Assembly: GCA_030265395.1 (NCBI GenBank)
Contig: JARFYF010000007.1
Coordinates: 23,346,755 to 23,410,754, forward strand
Direction: 5' to 3'
Length of the DNA stretch: 64,000 nt
Source: Rhina ancylostomus
Taxonomy: Eukaryota
In this document: positions 12,441 through 26,609 of the stretch, piece by piece
How the letters are laid out: each line of letters begins with the position of its first letter
Position numbering within the stretch: the stretch's first letter is position 1
Program-made: the position numbers and the translations under genes
The notes under the pieces: generated by a model
Told to the model about the DNA's origin: nothing
Database searches by the model: none
Seen by the model: only the letters and a program-made list of their open reading frames with translations

Positions 12441-12734
12441 GCATCCACCTTAATGAGATTGACAATATATTGCACTAATTTGAAAGCAGTGACTGTCATA
12501 GTCATGTATTTGAGAAGATCCCTATTTGGCATGGTCTTATTATTTACATGTATTATTTGATGCCTTTGTCATGCATTAATGAATCTTCTTTAATGAATCA
12601 AGAAATCATGAATCTATCAAGATAATCCCATGCGCTGTTGTTGTAATATCCTGGAAAGTGAATGGCACAATGCTCATCCCTTTAGTGTCATGGAATCCAA
12701 AGTTGATTTCACCTGGAGTAAATTGTGTTGGTGA

Positions 12735-13630
12735 TCATTTTGGGTGACACAGAAATTGGTTTGGGCTTGAATAGTAAAGAAGATAGTTTCAAGCTACAGA
12801 ATGTTAGCGATCAGCCAGTAAATTAGGCAGAGCAATGGCAGATGAAATTTGATCCTGATAAATGCAATGTGATGCATTTTGGGAAATTAATAAGGATAGG
12901 ACACGTACAGCGTTATAGGGCCCTTCAGAGTATTGAGGAACAGAGGGCTTTTGGCGTATGTCCAAAGATCCCTGAAGCACAGGTAGATAAAGTGGTAAAG
13001 AGGGCATAGAAGATGATCACCCTCATTAGCTGGAGCATAGAATATAAGAGCAGGGAAGTTATGGTGTGGCTTTATAAAACGTTGGTGTGGCCGCATCTGA
13101 AATATTGTGTGCATTTTTGGTTGCCGCAATATAGAAAGGACATGATTGCTCTGGAGAATGTGCAGAAGATATTCACTATGATGTTGCCTGGGATGGAGTG
13201 TCTCAGTCATGAGGAGAAACTGGATAGGCTGGGTTTGTTTTCCTTGCAGCAGACAACACTGAGGGAGGACCTGATAGATGTACAAAAGTATGAGGAGCAT
13301 AGATAGGGTAGATAATAGTAAATATTTCCCCATAACAGAGGAGTCACTAACAAAGAGGGTATAGGTGCAAAGTAAGGAATGAAAAGTTTAGAGGGAATAT
13401 AAATAAGAGTTTTTTTTCACCCAAAGGGTGATTGGAGTTTGGAATACACTACCCGAGAGGATGGTGGAAGCAAACACTCTCACAACATTTAAATTTATCT
13501 AGATGAGCATTTGAATCACTGATACATAAAAAAAACTATGTACCAAGTGCTGATAAATGGGATTAGTATAGATGAGTACTTGATGCAGGGTGGACTGAAG
13601 GCACTGTTTCTGTGCTATATGACTCTATGA
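12735..13630 (+). mobile_element. CR1 LINE, 5'-truncated (RT C-terminus plus 3'UTR)
   Basis: WQMKF..KCNVMHFG, then LYKTLVWPHLKYCVHFWLPQYRKDMIALENVQ..EEKLDRLGLFSL and FFTQRV..WNTLP. Terminal TGTGCTATATGACTCTATGA. Confidence 0.92.
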
Positions 13631-14444
13631 AATCACCACCTTTGTGAAATTGGACCAGGTACTTGTTGTTGGGATCCATGCCAGCAATATGACCTCTAGC
13701 ATCAGACACACATGCCACGGTGCCCCACCATTCACCCATTTCCAACTGAAGTTAAATCTTCTACGCTGAAAGAATGACTGTAGTATAAAAAAAATCACAA
13801 TAAACAAGAAGCATAAACTGCTGAGATCCCCAGCGAGAAGTGAATTAAAGGATCCCGGAAGTGATTTTGATCACAGCATCTGATACATTTTGCAATGGTC
13901 AAGTTATCTGCATGATTTTTCCAAGCTCCATTATTGCGTGCAGCCTTTTTGATTTATGCACCTCAGTACAAACGCTGCCTGACTGGTCGCCTCATTGGTC
14001 ACCTCACACTGTTGTTGGGCCAATCTTGGCACCAAACTCCAGCAGAGCAGTAAGTCGCCCTGCTGAGGGAAAGGGATGGCTACATATGTTGAAAGTTGTA
14101 TTGTCCCTCTCCCTGCCATTTTCCTTCACCTCCATGGCAGGCTTTTGTGCAGTTGGCCTGTGGTTGTCATGGAGAGATGTCCTTTAAGGCTCTCAACCTT
14201 TCCTGCACACAACATGGCAAAGACAAGCTCGTCATGATGATTCTCTGCAGTTCCTGTCAGGAAGTTTGTAACTTGGTACTTGGAACAATGACAGTACAAT
14301 TTCAATGGGCCTTAGAACTAATTTGCAATTTTTCAGAGCATGTAAATGAATCCTCGGCAAATGCTTTCAATCTCCATTCAAACTTTCAAGGTCACTGGAC
14401 CTGTCAGCACAAGCTAACCGAAGCATGAAGTGAAGTGTTGCGAT

Positions 14445-14550
14445 TAAGGGTCTTTGACCTGAAATGTTAACTCTTTTTCACAGACAGTGCCTGCCTTGTT
14501 GAGTGCTTCCACCATTTTCTGTTTTAAATTTTAGATTCCTAGCATCTTTA
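14445..14550 (+). mobile_element. Penelope pseudo-LTR fragment
   Basis: AGGGTCTTTGACCTGAAATGTTAACT..TGCCT..TGAGTGCTTCCACCATTTTCTG, matching the terminus at 27440-27579. Confidence 0.65.
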
Positions 14551-16084
14551 GTTATTTTAATTTTCAATGATTGAAGAATCATTTATTTACGTAGTATTTA
14601 GCAGTATTCCTTTTGAATTCTTAGCTACAAGTTGTATATTTAAGTGTTTCAACCCATTCATCATCCAATTGTGCCTGATAGTTGGGGCAGCAGTTTAAGG
14701 CGGTGGCCTAAATATTCAGTGGTCCTCCAGCATCTAACTTCTTAAATGGTATGAATGGAAAAAGCTGCCTTAGCTAATAGGAATGCTCTTGGCCTAGATC
14801 CGCTCTAACCACAGCCATGGTCTATTATGAGACTGTGGGACCAATTTAAATTTAGATTCCTGACTCTCGTGGTGAGTGAAATGCCTTCAGCATATTTGTC
14901 ACTTCCCATGTCAATGAGTCATGAGTAGAACCATGTTCTGTTCCAACATTTTTTTTATGTGGTTTCACAACTGTAGCAGTAGTAAGTACATTTTGTTATT
15001 TAACTCTTTGGTTAAGCCAAAATAAAGATGTCAAAGATGCAATTTTATTTAGATTAATATTTTTAAAAATGAACTATTGGTTTTCTTGGCCAGAAACTTA
15101 ACTCCCAAACTAAATAGAAGGTTATCCAAGTCAGCCTTGCCTATCGCTCTTAATTTTTTAAAAGAGCTCTTATATCCCTAGCTGGGTTGTGGTTGCTACA
15201 ACTGCTATTGCTTTAGTTTTCAAAGAAATCAGCAGCAAAGTTGAATGCCATCAGCCTTGATGAGTTATGTGCTGTATTTTTCACATGATACACAGAAAAA
15301 TAATTTGCTTTCTCACCCTTTATCAACTAGTTCAGACTAGAAGTGTGTGTGGGTGCAGTACAACATTGCATTGGGCCTTCACCAGAGGTGGGAAACACAT
15401 GAAAATGTTGGTTTAATTTGCTATTGCAACAGTGCTTTATGCTGCATAGTGTTGGAAAAGAACAAGCAATGATGGAATATTATGTTGAACTTAATGCATT
15501 TTTCTACTCCTAATATAGGAAAGAATGACTTTGGTATCAATTTATAACTATTCTTCGTCTTGGTTGCATGAGGTGAACTAGGTATTGGATTCAGAGATCT
15601 TTCAGTTAATTTCAGTTTATTGCTGTTAGCCTGATAAGTGGTGTGAATATTACATATCATAAATGCTTTTATTTGGTGAATTTCAAAGAAAACTTACCAT
15701 TCTAAACCAACATGTATCTTCATTTTTTTTATTCCTTTCCAAGTGAATAATGAGAAATGGAACAATTATTTTGCTAACAGTTGTATAGGCTTAGAAAAAG
15801 AAGGCAGTACAAATTCTAATGCATCCAGACATATGTATTGGATGGTGATAGCTTCACTGGCAAGTCAGCTGTTTCAGTCAGGAGCCCACAAATGCTAATC
15901 TCAGTAATGCTTGAGGCTCAAGAAATGTTGGTGGCTGAAGTTGTGCTGCCCGGTCTTGGGAAGAATCTGGGATTGACGTGAGGGAAGAGAGTTGCAACAT
16001 ATCAAGTTGATGGACAAGTGGGAAGGTCTACAAATGCAAGCAGGGCTGTGGGTTCCAGATCCCCAGGGTGAAGTAATTATTTTC

Positions 16085-16440
16085 ACCTCCCCTCTTATCC
16101 TACCGATTAACTTAAATCTGTGCCGCTAGCCTCTGAGTTATTAAGGAAAATGGGTCCTTACTATTCACCCTATCTAGGCTTCTCATAAGTTTATAAATCT
16201 CAGTAAAATTTCCCCTGGGTTTCTTTCATTCCAAAGAAAACAAGTCCAGCCTAGACAGTCTTTCCTCATTATTACAGTTCTCCAGTCTTGGCAATATTTT
16301 TCCAAATCTCTTAGGCACTCTAATGCCATCACACACTTCCTGTAATGCACTAACCAGAACTGTACTCAGTACCCTAGCAATGGCCTTATAGTGTTTTATA
16401 CAGTTCCAGCATGACCTCCTGGCTCTTGAGTTTATGCCCA
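16085..16440 (-). mobile_element. CR1 LINE fragment
   Basis: Reverse of GLFSLE and YWVQFW motifs (TCCAAAGAAAACAAGTCCAGCC; ACCAGAACTGTACTCAGTA). Confidence 0.75.
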
Positions 16441-17521
16441 GTCCTTTGGTGCATTCACCACTTTCTTCAGACTGTTAACTGTCAAACATCCCCATCTGCT
16501 TTTTGTTAAGTAAAAAAAAAATTAGGGTGTATTTTGCAATGACTATAATAAAGCATATCAACTATGAGAATGTAATAGTTGCTGCATTTGGCATCAGTAT
16601 CCAGGTCTCCCAGATAATGAGTCAGAAACACACATTAATGCTGTACCTCTAACCCAGTTCAGAAAAGCACTCTGTATTAGCTTTTCTTATTTTAGTTGCC
16701 CTCAGGAAAGATCTTAGTGACTCCTCAGAGTACAGTTGCTGCTGTGGTGAAAACTGGAGCTGATTGCGTTCGGTTTCACATTAGAAGCTGGACCCGGCAA
16801 GAACTGCTTTAGGGGAATCCATACTTAATGGTTTTCAGACTTGTGCTTTTCAGTGAAAAGGGCTTTCTTCCAGTTATTCAGGGTTGGTTTAAAATCCAGG
16901 ACTCATAAAATATGCTGCACTGGACTACTTCATCAGCCTATCAGACTGCCCTAACCTTTATACCATCTTCCCATTAAAACTGCTAGTCCATTCATTCTCT
17001 AATCAGGAGTATTTCAAAAAAACATAAAACATTACTTTCTCCCTATAAAATTATTTATTTTTCTTTACATTACCTGGAACCCCTTTTTAAAAAACACATT
17101 GTTAATATCTAAATTGAAACCATTAAACAAAAGCATGTGCAACCCAGAATCACACCATAACATTTTACATAATGATGTTGGGGATGATGTGGTTGCATTC
17201 TTTCCATTATGTTAATGATGACCTTGAGCACCACTTCAAAAACTGGCATAATTAATCTCCTGTGCACACAAGAATACTAAATAAATATTAAAGGAAGTGA
17301 CTGTTATACAACATTGATACAACAACTTGTATGTGCATTGCAACTTCAGTGTAGAAATAGATCTTAACATGCTTCATAAATACAAAATCAGAAATAAATA
17401 TTCCCAGATAAGGCTTTACCATCACTTTAATCCCCTGTGGATTAGGGAATCCTCTTCTCAATCTTCCTTGATGCAGTATTATACTTCCCTCCAACAAGCT
17501 CCCCACTGGAGTAGAGCTAAT

Positions 17522-18300
17522 CTACAGAATGATTGAGAAACTGTTCAACCTTTGTCTTCACATCAGAACCAAGGTCATTCAGACATCAGTTATTGTACTG
17601 CCAAATGCAGGCAACACTCGTGAATGTGTACATGCGGAGGCCAAGCTCCAAGTCATAGTACAAGGGAATGGGCCTGGGACTAGACATTTGTATCACAGAT
17701 TCTCTACTAGTCAGGCCATTCTCCACAGCACTGCCCCCAATAATAAAGGTCCATGACCAGATCCTTGAAAATATGATGACTTTCTATACCCTGGGAGCCA
17801 CTTCTCAGTGAAAACAGATGTTGATGAAATTCATCCCTACCTCCATAGTGTCAGTATGGACTATGGACTTTAACTACTTCAGGAAAAGAATGTTTGAACA
17901 TCCAAGATCTCAAACCTAGCACCCAACTCGTGCTCTACTAGTTAGCAGTGATCCCCACTCTCCTACATGTCTCAGGGACGTGAACAACATACAGCAGATA
18001 TCTTAAAGCACTGGTTAAGTACAACCCTCGCTGCTTCCACAAAATCTTCCAAATCCATTGGCAGTACAAGCTAACCAATGAAAAAGTGATCTCCCAGCGC
18101 AACATCTCTGGCATCAAGGCTTTTTATAGTCAGACACTTCCAATTAGCAGCACACACAAAATGTTGGAGGAACTCAGTAGGTCAGGCAGCATCTCTGGAG
18201 GGAAATAAACAGTTGAGGTTCTGGGTCGAGACCCTTCAGTCGAGACCAATTCACAGAAATGGAGTGGAGGCAGGTCATCCTTGATCCTAGGGGACTTACT
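17522..18300 (+). mobile_element. Decayed RTE LINE, interrupted by a Penelope pseudo-LTR piece (~18146-18240, - strand)
   Basis: KLFNLCLHIRTKVIQTSVI..CVHAEAKLQ (RTE segment around a mutated YADD), FLYPGSHFS.KTDVDEI, and the RTE 3' motif GCAGGTCATCCTTGATCCTAGGGGACT at 18270-18297. Confidence 0.75.
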
Positions 18301-18319
18301 GAAATGAAATATTATAGCG

Positions 18320-18640
18320 ATTGTTGTGCAACAGGGGTACAACAATATGCAATTCTGATCTTGAAATATGACTGCAGATACTTCATGTATGAAAAATGAG
18401 AAATAAATTATGCCAAGCCAAAGACTTGGAACTGGTGGGTGTGATGAAAAGAGGGTGATTTTAAAAAGTTTTTGTTTTAAAGAACAGAGGAGAGGCAGAT
18501 GGATTTGGAAAAATGCAGATAAGGGACCTGGATGACTGAATGCTTGGCTATCAGTGGTGGGATAACAAGAGGGTGGATGTAGAGAAGACCAGAGCTGGAG
18601 ATCTGAGCACATGGCTGCAGACTGAAGAGACTGCAGAGAA
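18320..18640 (-). mobile_element. L2-type LINE 3' end
   Basis: Reverse of the 8545/29035 family (AAGGGACCTGGATGACTGAATGCTTGGCTATCAGTGGTGG). Confidence 0.6.
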
Positions 18641-21457
18641 TTGCGTTGCAAAATTGGTCATACTTCCCATCCGCCCCCCCCCACCCCTTTTCTACCTTGA
18701 AAAGAGAAGCAATTCACTGCTATTTCTTTATTTCTTCTCCCCCTTTGACTCAATACAACATGGGCATAAACCTATAATGAAGGTATGTACCAGTATTGTT
18801 TTTATACCTGTAATATTTGTTGTCAATCCCAAAATGTACCAAAAGTGGTGAGGTCACACACCACATTTCCTTGCATTATCTCCTCAGTAACAGTCAATAT
18901 AACTGTCAGCTGGTGCCTGAAAATGTTTAAATGCCCACATCAGGCAGAATAAAGTGAGCAATCAACTTAAATGCAAATAGTGCATGAGCTTTTATTTAGA
19001 TAGTTATTGGCTGCAGAATTGCCAGCGTGATGAATGATCTGGTTGAATCATAAAACAGACTTGAAGGGCTGAATGGACCAGTCGCAATGCTCCCTGTCCT
19101 TTTTTAAATATTGTAAGCATTTGCATCCTGTTCTGTCTCATTGGCAACCTGTGAGACATAGCCAGAAATACCACTGCCAAAAAAAAGGCAGGGCTTATTG
19201 CCTTAGTCAGGTCTTCTGCATGGTTGCAAATCCTACTCTGCTGCACTTTCCCCTTAGTGATTATGCCACAAAGGGAAGTCTGGGCCTCAGTGCTGAGAAG
19301 GATATTAAAATAAACTTGATTGATTAATGGGTTTGAAATCAATTTACATTTGGCTATAATTCATTCAGTATGAGATTACCATTTATCACCATATATTTTT
19401 CTAACCATAATGCACTTTCCCTCCTCCTCATTCAATGTTGATAATTTGTTGCAAGAAAGGCAAGTGATGCATTGATCTGCTGGGGACATTGAAACTGTCA
19501 CATGAAAATAATTACCTCTGAGAGCGGTGGAATGTCTGAGTGCAGTTATTCACCTCTGAGTTATGGTGCAGTTCCTGTAGTGTGCTTTTGAAGTTACATG
19601 TGTGAGCCAGATTCCCCAGCACACACAGCCCTGCCCCCAGCTGTTTGAACAGCTCACATCATCGACTTCATCAGGAAAAGAATTCCAGTGATGAACTAAC
19701 AGGCCCAGCACAAACCAAGCAGCTGCTTTGGGCAGATGCTTGAAAACACTGCCGCCTATGTTCAAAAATGAATGTGCTATTCACAGGCTTTTTAATGCTC
19801 TTCCTTAGTAATTTCCTGTGATATTTCTGAATTGACTCTGTAATTTCTGCCCTATCTTTAGTTTTTGTTCTGTTTGTATTGAAGATTGTCCAGTAATGTT
19901 GAGGGATGTGATATCTGTTGGTTGACTGAGTAAGATTGCATTCTTTTAAGTTAATCCTGAATTCCAGGCTTCAAAGACATAGTGACACCATTATTAACAG
20001 ATTTGTGGTGCAAAAAGACATATCTAAACAGGGATTCTTTATCTCAATCCATCGTTCCTCAAAAAATGACTTTCAGATTTAATCGGATTAAGAGTTGGGA
20101 GCACTGACATTGCTTTGATGCCCCATGCTATGATATGTTGCATAAAACCAGGGTATTCTATGTGCTCATGCAAGCAAGCAATGCAACTGAACATGTTCCG
20201 AATCTAAAATAAGTAGATGATGATTACATGGATTTGTATGTTGTGATAAAACTTTTGAAAACCATTTGATATTTATAACATAAATTTGATTTGCATATAT
20301 TTGGACAAAAGTGTAAATGGATAAATTCACAGGATAGGAGAAGCTTTATGGAATTTGAGGAAGGTAATTGGGTCTGTGGGGAACCACTCTGTGAATAAGA
20401 TTCTTATCATGAACATCGAGTTAAAACCAGACCGTGGGTGAAGTTTTTAAACCCATTTTACCACAGGAACTTTTAACATTTGGTTAGGAGAATATTTCAC
20501 TTGCGTGGAAAACTAAAAGTCTAGAACCATGTTCAGTTTTCCAGTTCTGCAACTATCGACTACTATTTAACATTTAATCTTATGAAGAATATTTTATGGA
20601 ACTGAATGAGAAAGTGAAAAGAATTGGGGGGAAAAATAAAAAGATGTGGTGCTTGGTTTATCATCACCATTTTGTTGTAACTCCCTGATTTGTTTTCATG
20701 TGATTCACTGGCATGGTTCTTCCAGCCTACATATCTTCTCTTTCAGAGGTCAGATTAGTTTCATTTATTCAATATTTTCCTATGTTAGTAATTTCAATGC
20801 TTGAGGAATTTTCACTTGCATTGATTCATCCAGCCTGCTTCACTAATGATTTTACACAAAAGTTAGTTTCTTATTCATAAGCATATTTGTTGTCAACTTG
20901 TTAATTTCCATTTAGTTATATATTGCTTTCAAACTTTTGAACCTCCGAAATATTAAGATGGAGTGAGATTTATCAATGACATTATTATTCCTAAACAAAA
21001 TAATGGATCAACTGTTTGGCAAAGCCTGTGAGACAAGGGAGAGGTTGAGAATGAGCAAGAAGGAATGAAATTAAGCATTGAGGAGCCATGGCTGAAGTAA
21101 GACAAATGAGCAGATGGGTGACGGGAGGAGGGATTGAGAGAGAAGAGTATTACAGCTAGAAATAAAAATGAGAGAATGAGATGGAGAAACAGAATAGGGA
21201 CTGGCACTTGAAATTAAAATGGGAGAAAGACATAAGGAAGTTTCAGCTGGAATATCTCGGAGGCAGTGCATCATGAGCAGCAACGGGTCAACCACCCATC
21301 TGTACACCCTGCCTAAGTCTCCTTTCATTTGCTTTTATGTGGCTTATCTAAAGTTTTGATTTTTGGAACACTGAGCAAAACTCTATTTTATTCTCAGGAG
21401 ACAAATCACAACTGGAAATGGAAAGGAAAAATTAAAAAAGAGAGAGGAGCTGCATTT

Positions 21458-21706
21458 CAAATTTCAAATTCAAATTTTACTTACAGTGTGGTAACAGGCC
21501 CTTCTGGTCCAATGAGTCCGCGCCGCCCAATTTAAACCCATATTAACCTACCCATACATCTTTGGAACGTGGGAGGAAATTGGAGCACCCGGAGGAAACC
21601 CACTCAGACACGGGAGAATGTACAAACTCCTTACAGACAGCGACAGGAATTGAACCCCGAGTGCTGGCGCTGTAATAGTGTCGCACTAACCACTATACTA
21701 CCGTGC
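21458..21706 (-). mobile_element. V-SINE, near full length
   Basis: Reverse complement of the 38-290 element (TGGGAGGAAATTGGAGCACCCGGAGGAAACCCAC..GCTGGCGCTGTAATAG..TAACCACTATACTACCGTGC). Confidence 0.9.
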
Positions 21707-23275
21707 TAAATAACAGGTATTTAGATAGCTGTGCTAAAAAAATGACTCCATGGAACCACAGCATTCATTCATGGTGGCCCTATTCTCCTGTGCCTACCCT
21801 CTTACTATATATCCCTTTGCTTTTATGTCCGGTAATATATCGTCTAACCTTTAGATAAAACTGGACGTGGCCTAGGCTTAAGCATTTCACAGCTGCATCA
21901 TCTTCTTGTATTTTAAAACAATTTTGATTTCTTCTGTAACTTTATGAAGAGGAGTGCAATGAAGATGTGTGACTAAAACAAGCATTAATGAGCTGCTGTA
22001 CTCCACAGCACTGAAGGAGTAATTTTATTGGTGAAGAGCTGGGGTATGGTGGGGTGGGTGGGAGGAGAAGGGAGCAAGATGGTGCTTGAACGTTTTTACA
22101 GTCTCAACGTGACTTAAAAAACAGATTGCAAGACAGCAATTTTTAGATATAACATTGGATATATTTTGATGCTTCTTTGCAACCTCCACCTCAAAGTCAG
22201 GTTATTTATCATGAAAGTCTATGTTTAATTTTTGTCTACTGAATAAGGAAGTAATTTTTTTTCCTTCAGAACAAACTTACTAACTCTTGCAAAGCTGGTA
22301 GTTCAACCTACACCCCATTCATTGTCGCTGCCGGAAAATAAGAGCTTATGAGCGCCTGGACAGAGCCCTTAAATCATCAATTACTTTGAAATATGTTTTC
22401 ACTGGGAAATATAATTTCCTTTCAATCTCTCTCCACAGATATCATGGCAAGGTTCTCTCCTACCTTCTGCACTTCATTTTGTGTGAGACTGATCTTTCTT
22501 TCTTGCAGTAAAATTTTTGACCACTAAACATGGTCTCACCAGGAAAGCAGTATTAATTCATTATGGGGAGAATCTGAACTAAAATACAACTTAGTGGCAT
22601 AACATTGGCCCCAATACCAACCAATTGTGCTGCCTTAATAGTAGGCCTTGTTTAACTCTTATTAATTGTGGATTGGATGTACACAGGACCAAGCAATTAT
22701 TTTGTTATCACCATTACTATAATGGTAATGATTGAGGGCAAGAGTTAAGTGGTAATTGGACAGGTTTACTTCTAGTTTTAATTTCTCTAGCAAAACCCTG
22801 ATGTAAGGTAGTGCTGCATTGTACCAATGTGAAAATTAAGTATCTATAAACTCATCGTGACTTTCATATGATTTTTGGAGAAGCTAGGAGCAAACAAAAC
22901 TGTTCACAAGAGTCTGAGTTTCATAAATTTTGTGTAACAGATGACTGTTACTATTTGTCATGATTGTGTTTATGGAGATTGGTATGTGGATATCTGCTCA
23001 TGATTAATTAAGAGACCTCTGCCCCCTTGTCATGACTTGTATCCCTATGCAACAAGCCCTCCCCATTCCCTTAGATGGCCTAAACTCTGATCCAGTGTAT
23101 CACCCCTCCTTATGCTGCAAAGACAACTTGTCACATAACCATTGCAAGTGCTTCTAATTCACCATAGAGATTACAACTGATTTAACCATGATTTAGATTA
23201 AAATGGAAATGTTCAACAGGCTTAAAGCATTGTGCAGAAGGTGGTTTAATAGTTGGCCCAAGTGTGGTGAATCTT

Positions 23276-23933
23276 NNNNNNNNNNNNNNNNNNNNNNNNN
23301 NNNNNNNNNNNNNNNNNNNNNNNNNNNNNNNNNNNNNNNNNNNNNNNNNNNNNNNNNNNNNNNNNNNNNNNNNNNNNNNNNNNNNNNNNNNNNNNNNNNN
23401 NNNNNNNNNNNNNNNNNNNNNNNNNNNNNNNNNNNNNNNNNNNNNNNNNNNNNNNNNNNNNNNNNNNNNNNNNNNNNNNNNNNNNNNNNNNNNNNNNNNN
23501 NNNNNNNNNNNNNNNNNNNNNNNNNNNNNNNNNNNNNNNNNNNNNNNNNNNNNNNNNNNNNNNNNNNNNNNNNNNNNNNNNNNNNNNNNNNNNNNNNNNN
23601 NNNNNNNNNNNNNNNNNNNNNNNNNNNNNNNNNNNNNNNNNNNNNNNNNNNNNNNNNNNNNNNNNNNNNNNNNNNNNNNNNNNNNNNNNNNNNNNNNNNN
23701 NNNNNNNNNNNNNNNNNNNNNNNNNNNNNNNNNNNNNNNNNNNNNNNNNNNNNNNNNNNNNNNNNNNNNNNNNNNNNNNNNNNNNNNNNNNNNNNNNNNN
23801 NNNNNNNNNNNNNNNNNNNNNNNNNNNNNNNNNNNNNNNNNNNNNNNNNNNNNNNNNNNNNNNNNNNNNNNNNNNNNNNNNNNNNNNNNNNNNNNNNNNN
23901 NNNNNNNNNNNNNNNNNNNNNNNNNNNNNNNNN
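23276..23933. other. Assembly gap
   Basis: Run of N. Smaller gaps at 33523-33581, 37248-37257, 38436-38447, 44170-44269 and 57600-57609. Confidence 1.
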
Positions 23934-24619
23934 ATAAGTAGTTATTAATAAAGTAGTTTTTAACACTTATACATGTCTCGGTGTGTTTCTGTTGTTGCTG
24001 GTACGTAACACCTCTGACTTCCATCCCAACCTGATCTCAATCCACCCACCCATGTGCTCCAACCTCAGGTCCAACTGTCCCTCCTGAGCTTGGGCTCAGC
24101 ATTTTCATGTACAATTTGCAAGTAAATTTTGATATACCAGTGCAGCAACCAAAATAATTCCAATATATTAACTATTTCAGTGCAGGAGTATAGCTCTATC
24201 AAATACTTCCTTTTTAATTTTAAGCAGCTCAATCAAGTTACAGCTTAACCTATACTGGAGGGAATGCAAGCCATCAGTCTTCATAACTTAACTCTATATA
24301 AACAAAGTTACCAAGCTGCTGAATCTACACAGGACCACTCCAAGGCTAATGTATCTTTCTTCAGTGATATGGCCTGAACTACTCACATGACATCAAGCAA
24401 CTAAAGCATAATCGTCCCCTCCCCTTCTGTATTACCTGTCACAGCTTGTATGGTCATCCACAGTGTCAGCATTCCATACTGTGTTTAATGAAGATAAATG
24501 TCAAAGAAAATGACAAAAGAAATGATTGTTTACAAAATGTAACAGAATTACTACCACATATTATTGTGGTAATTTATCAAAACAAATCTATTAAAATTAA
24601 AAGTGATTGAAAACCAAAT

Positions 24620-25122
24620 TTCCCTGGAAGGCTGCAGAGGAGATTCACCTGGATGTTGCATAGAATGAAACATACTGGTTCAGAGGAGAGACTGGTAGGC
24701 TGGGTTTGTTTTCCTTCGAGCAGAGGAGGCTGAAGGGTGGGGGGTGGTGGGCACCTGATAGGGGTATGCAAAATTATGAGACTCTTGGATAGGGTAGATA
24801 GTAAGAAATGCTTTCCTGTGGTAGAGGTATCCAAGGCCACAGGGCAAAGATTTAAGGTGAGGAGTAAGAAACTTAGGAGTCTGAGGAAGAGTTTTTTTCA
24901 CCCAGAGAGTGGTTGAAGTCTGGAACTCACTGCCTGAGAAGCTGGTGGAGGCAGGTACTCTCACAACATTTAAGAAACATCTGGATAAGCACTTGAATCG
25001 GCAAGGCATAGAAGGCTGTGAAACAAATGCTTGCAAAAAGGATAAGTATAGATAAGTACTTGTGGTCAGCCTAGACATGGTGAGCCAAAAGGCCTGGTTC
25101 TGTGCAGTAGGACTCTGTGACT
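24620..25122 (+). mobile_element. CR1 LINE 3' fragment
   Basis: QRRFTWML..RLGLFSFEQRRL..FFTQRVVEVWNSLPEKLVEAGTLTTFKKHLD, plus 3'UTR. Confidence 0.9.
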
Positions 25123-26571
25123 AAATCTGTGGAGTGCTAATGGCTGAAGCCACTGCTACACACTGCTATTCTCGAGCTGTTGAATGTGAGTTAAAGATTA
25201 TTTAATCTTTAAAAATCTTGTGGAATCCTCTAGGGCTCACAAATGAATCATCATTTATGCAGAATAAATCTGGAATTTGAGTGTGCTTCTGGAAAACAAA
25301 TTAGTGATCTGATGAGTGGGTGAGAAGTAATTTTGTCAAGATTAGTAGACCAATAGAATACTTTCAACATTTAAATTTCTGGTTGGTGTTTTTTCCCACC
25401 TGCGCTCGAGATGCTACAATGATTAATCAAATGAAGCTAAGAAGTATTGTTTAATGTCAAAATGTCTGTCTTTTTTCCAGTTGCGAGGCTGACTTCTTTA
25501 GCTCAGGAACCAGTTCTCCAACAGAGCCAGTTTGGATTTCTTGTTTCTGAGTTTCATGCTGATTTCAAATGGTTGTGATCAGCACTATTGTGTTGAAGGA
25601 AAAAATAATGCAGATTTTCTTTCTCTCTAGATTCTCTGACTGGACAGGGTATGCGGATATATGTGACTTCACTGAGGTTCTAAGTTGCTTTAAACAAATT
25701 CAGCGTAGCCAAGCAACTACATCAAGAGAACATTTTGCTGACTGAGTATTGTGGCATCAAATTGGCCAGTATCTGAGAAGTAAACTGTATGACTGAAGAG
25801 AGAACTTGGCTCTGTTCAAATCTATACTGTTCTCATTCACTTTAGGTTCAAGTTTCTGCCAATTGATGCTGAATCCTAAGTATGCTACCCAGATTTCTAA
25901 ACACAGCAGAACAAACCAGATAAAGAGAGGAAAACATTTTTTTATTTGTGCTGGGCCTGGAAGGTAGTCAAGTAAGATTCATTAATAAATGTACTGGAGG
26001 TAGTGAATCTTTTTCGTTTGGCTGATGTACCAACTCCGTCCCAGAGGATGGATACATGACCAGTCCTGAGGCCTCTTGTCAATATCACACTGTGTAGCAT
26101 CTGGCAGGGCTTCTAAAGATACATGGGACAATTTTTGCTCCAAACATAAACAATGGTTTTGCAGCTGAAAGCACATTCAGCTTCCATTTTCTATCCTGCA
26201 TTGCAACAAGGAGTCTATTTTCTTTTGAAAAATTCATAATACACTTTCATTGCAAATAATGTAGAGCCACATTCAAATTAAATTTGATTTTTAAAATCAG
26301 ATTCCAAATAATATTTTTTCCCTTGCATTACTACCTTGTAATGCATTTTGTTGTTGTCTGTACTCTAATATTGTTTCTTTCAGCTTTCAAAGAAATTAGC
26401 CTGAAGCCACCTGATATTTAGGCAATGCATACAAAATGCTGGAAAAACATTGTTTATGTTTGGAGCAAAAATTGTCCCATGTCTCTTTAGAAGCCCTGCC
26501 AGTTGCTACATAGAGTGATATTGACTAGAGGCTTCAGGACTGCTCAGACAGTATCTACAGAGGGAAATGAA

Positions 26572-26609
26572 CAGTTGACATTTCGGGCCGAGACCCTTCA
26601 TCAGGACTA
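26572..26609 (-). ncRNA. Minimal type-I hammerhead ribozyme motif (inverted pseudo-LTR copy)
   Basis: Minus strand: tagtc-CTGATGA-a-gggtctcggccc-GAAA-t-GTC-aactg, with stem II GGG/CCC intact. Confidence 0.7.

Noticed and set aside
18776-18788. ATGAAG|GTATGT micro-exon
   Set aside because: Phase 0, only two codons, and no other support.
23182-24024. Long ORFs spanning N runs (also the minus-strand ones at 55563-56258 and 43998-44413)
   Set aside because: Artefacts of translating gaps.
25608-25745. ATG frame with a GGTATG donor as another first exon
   Set aside because: The donor would be phase 2, incompatible with the other exons, and there is no recognisable homology.
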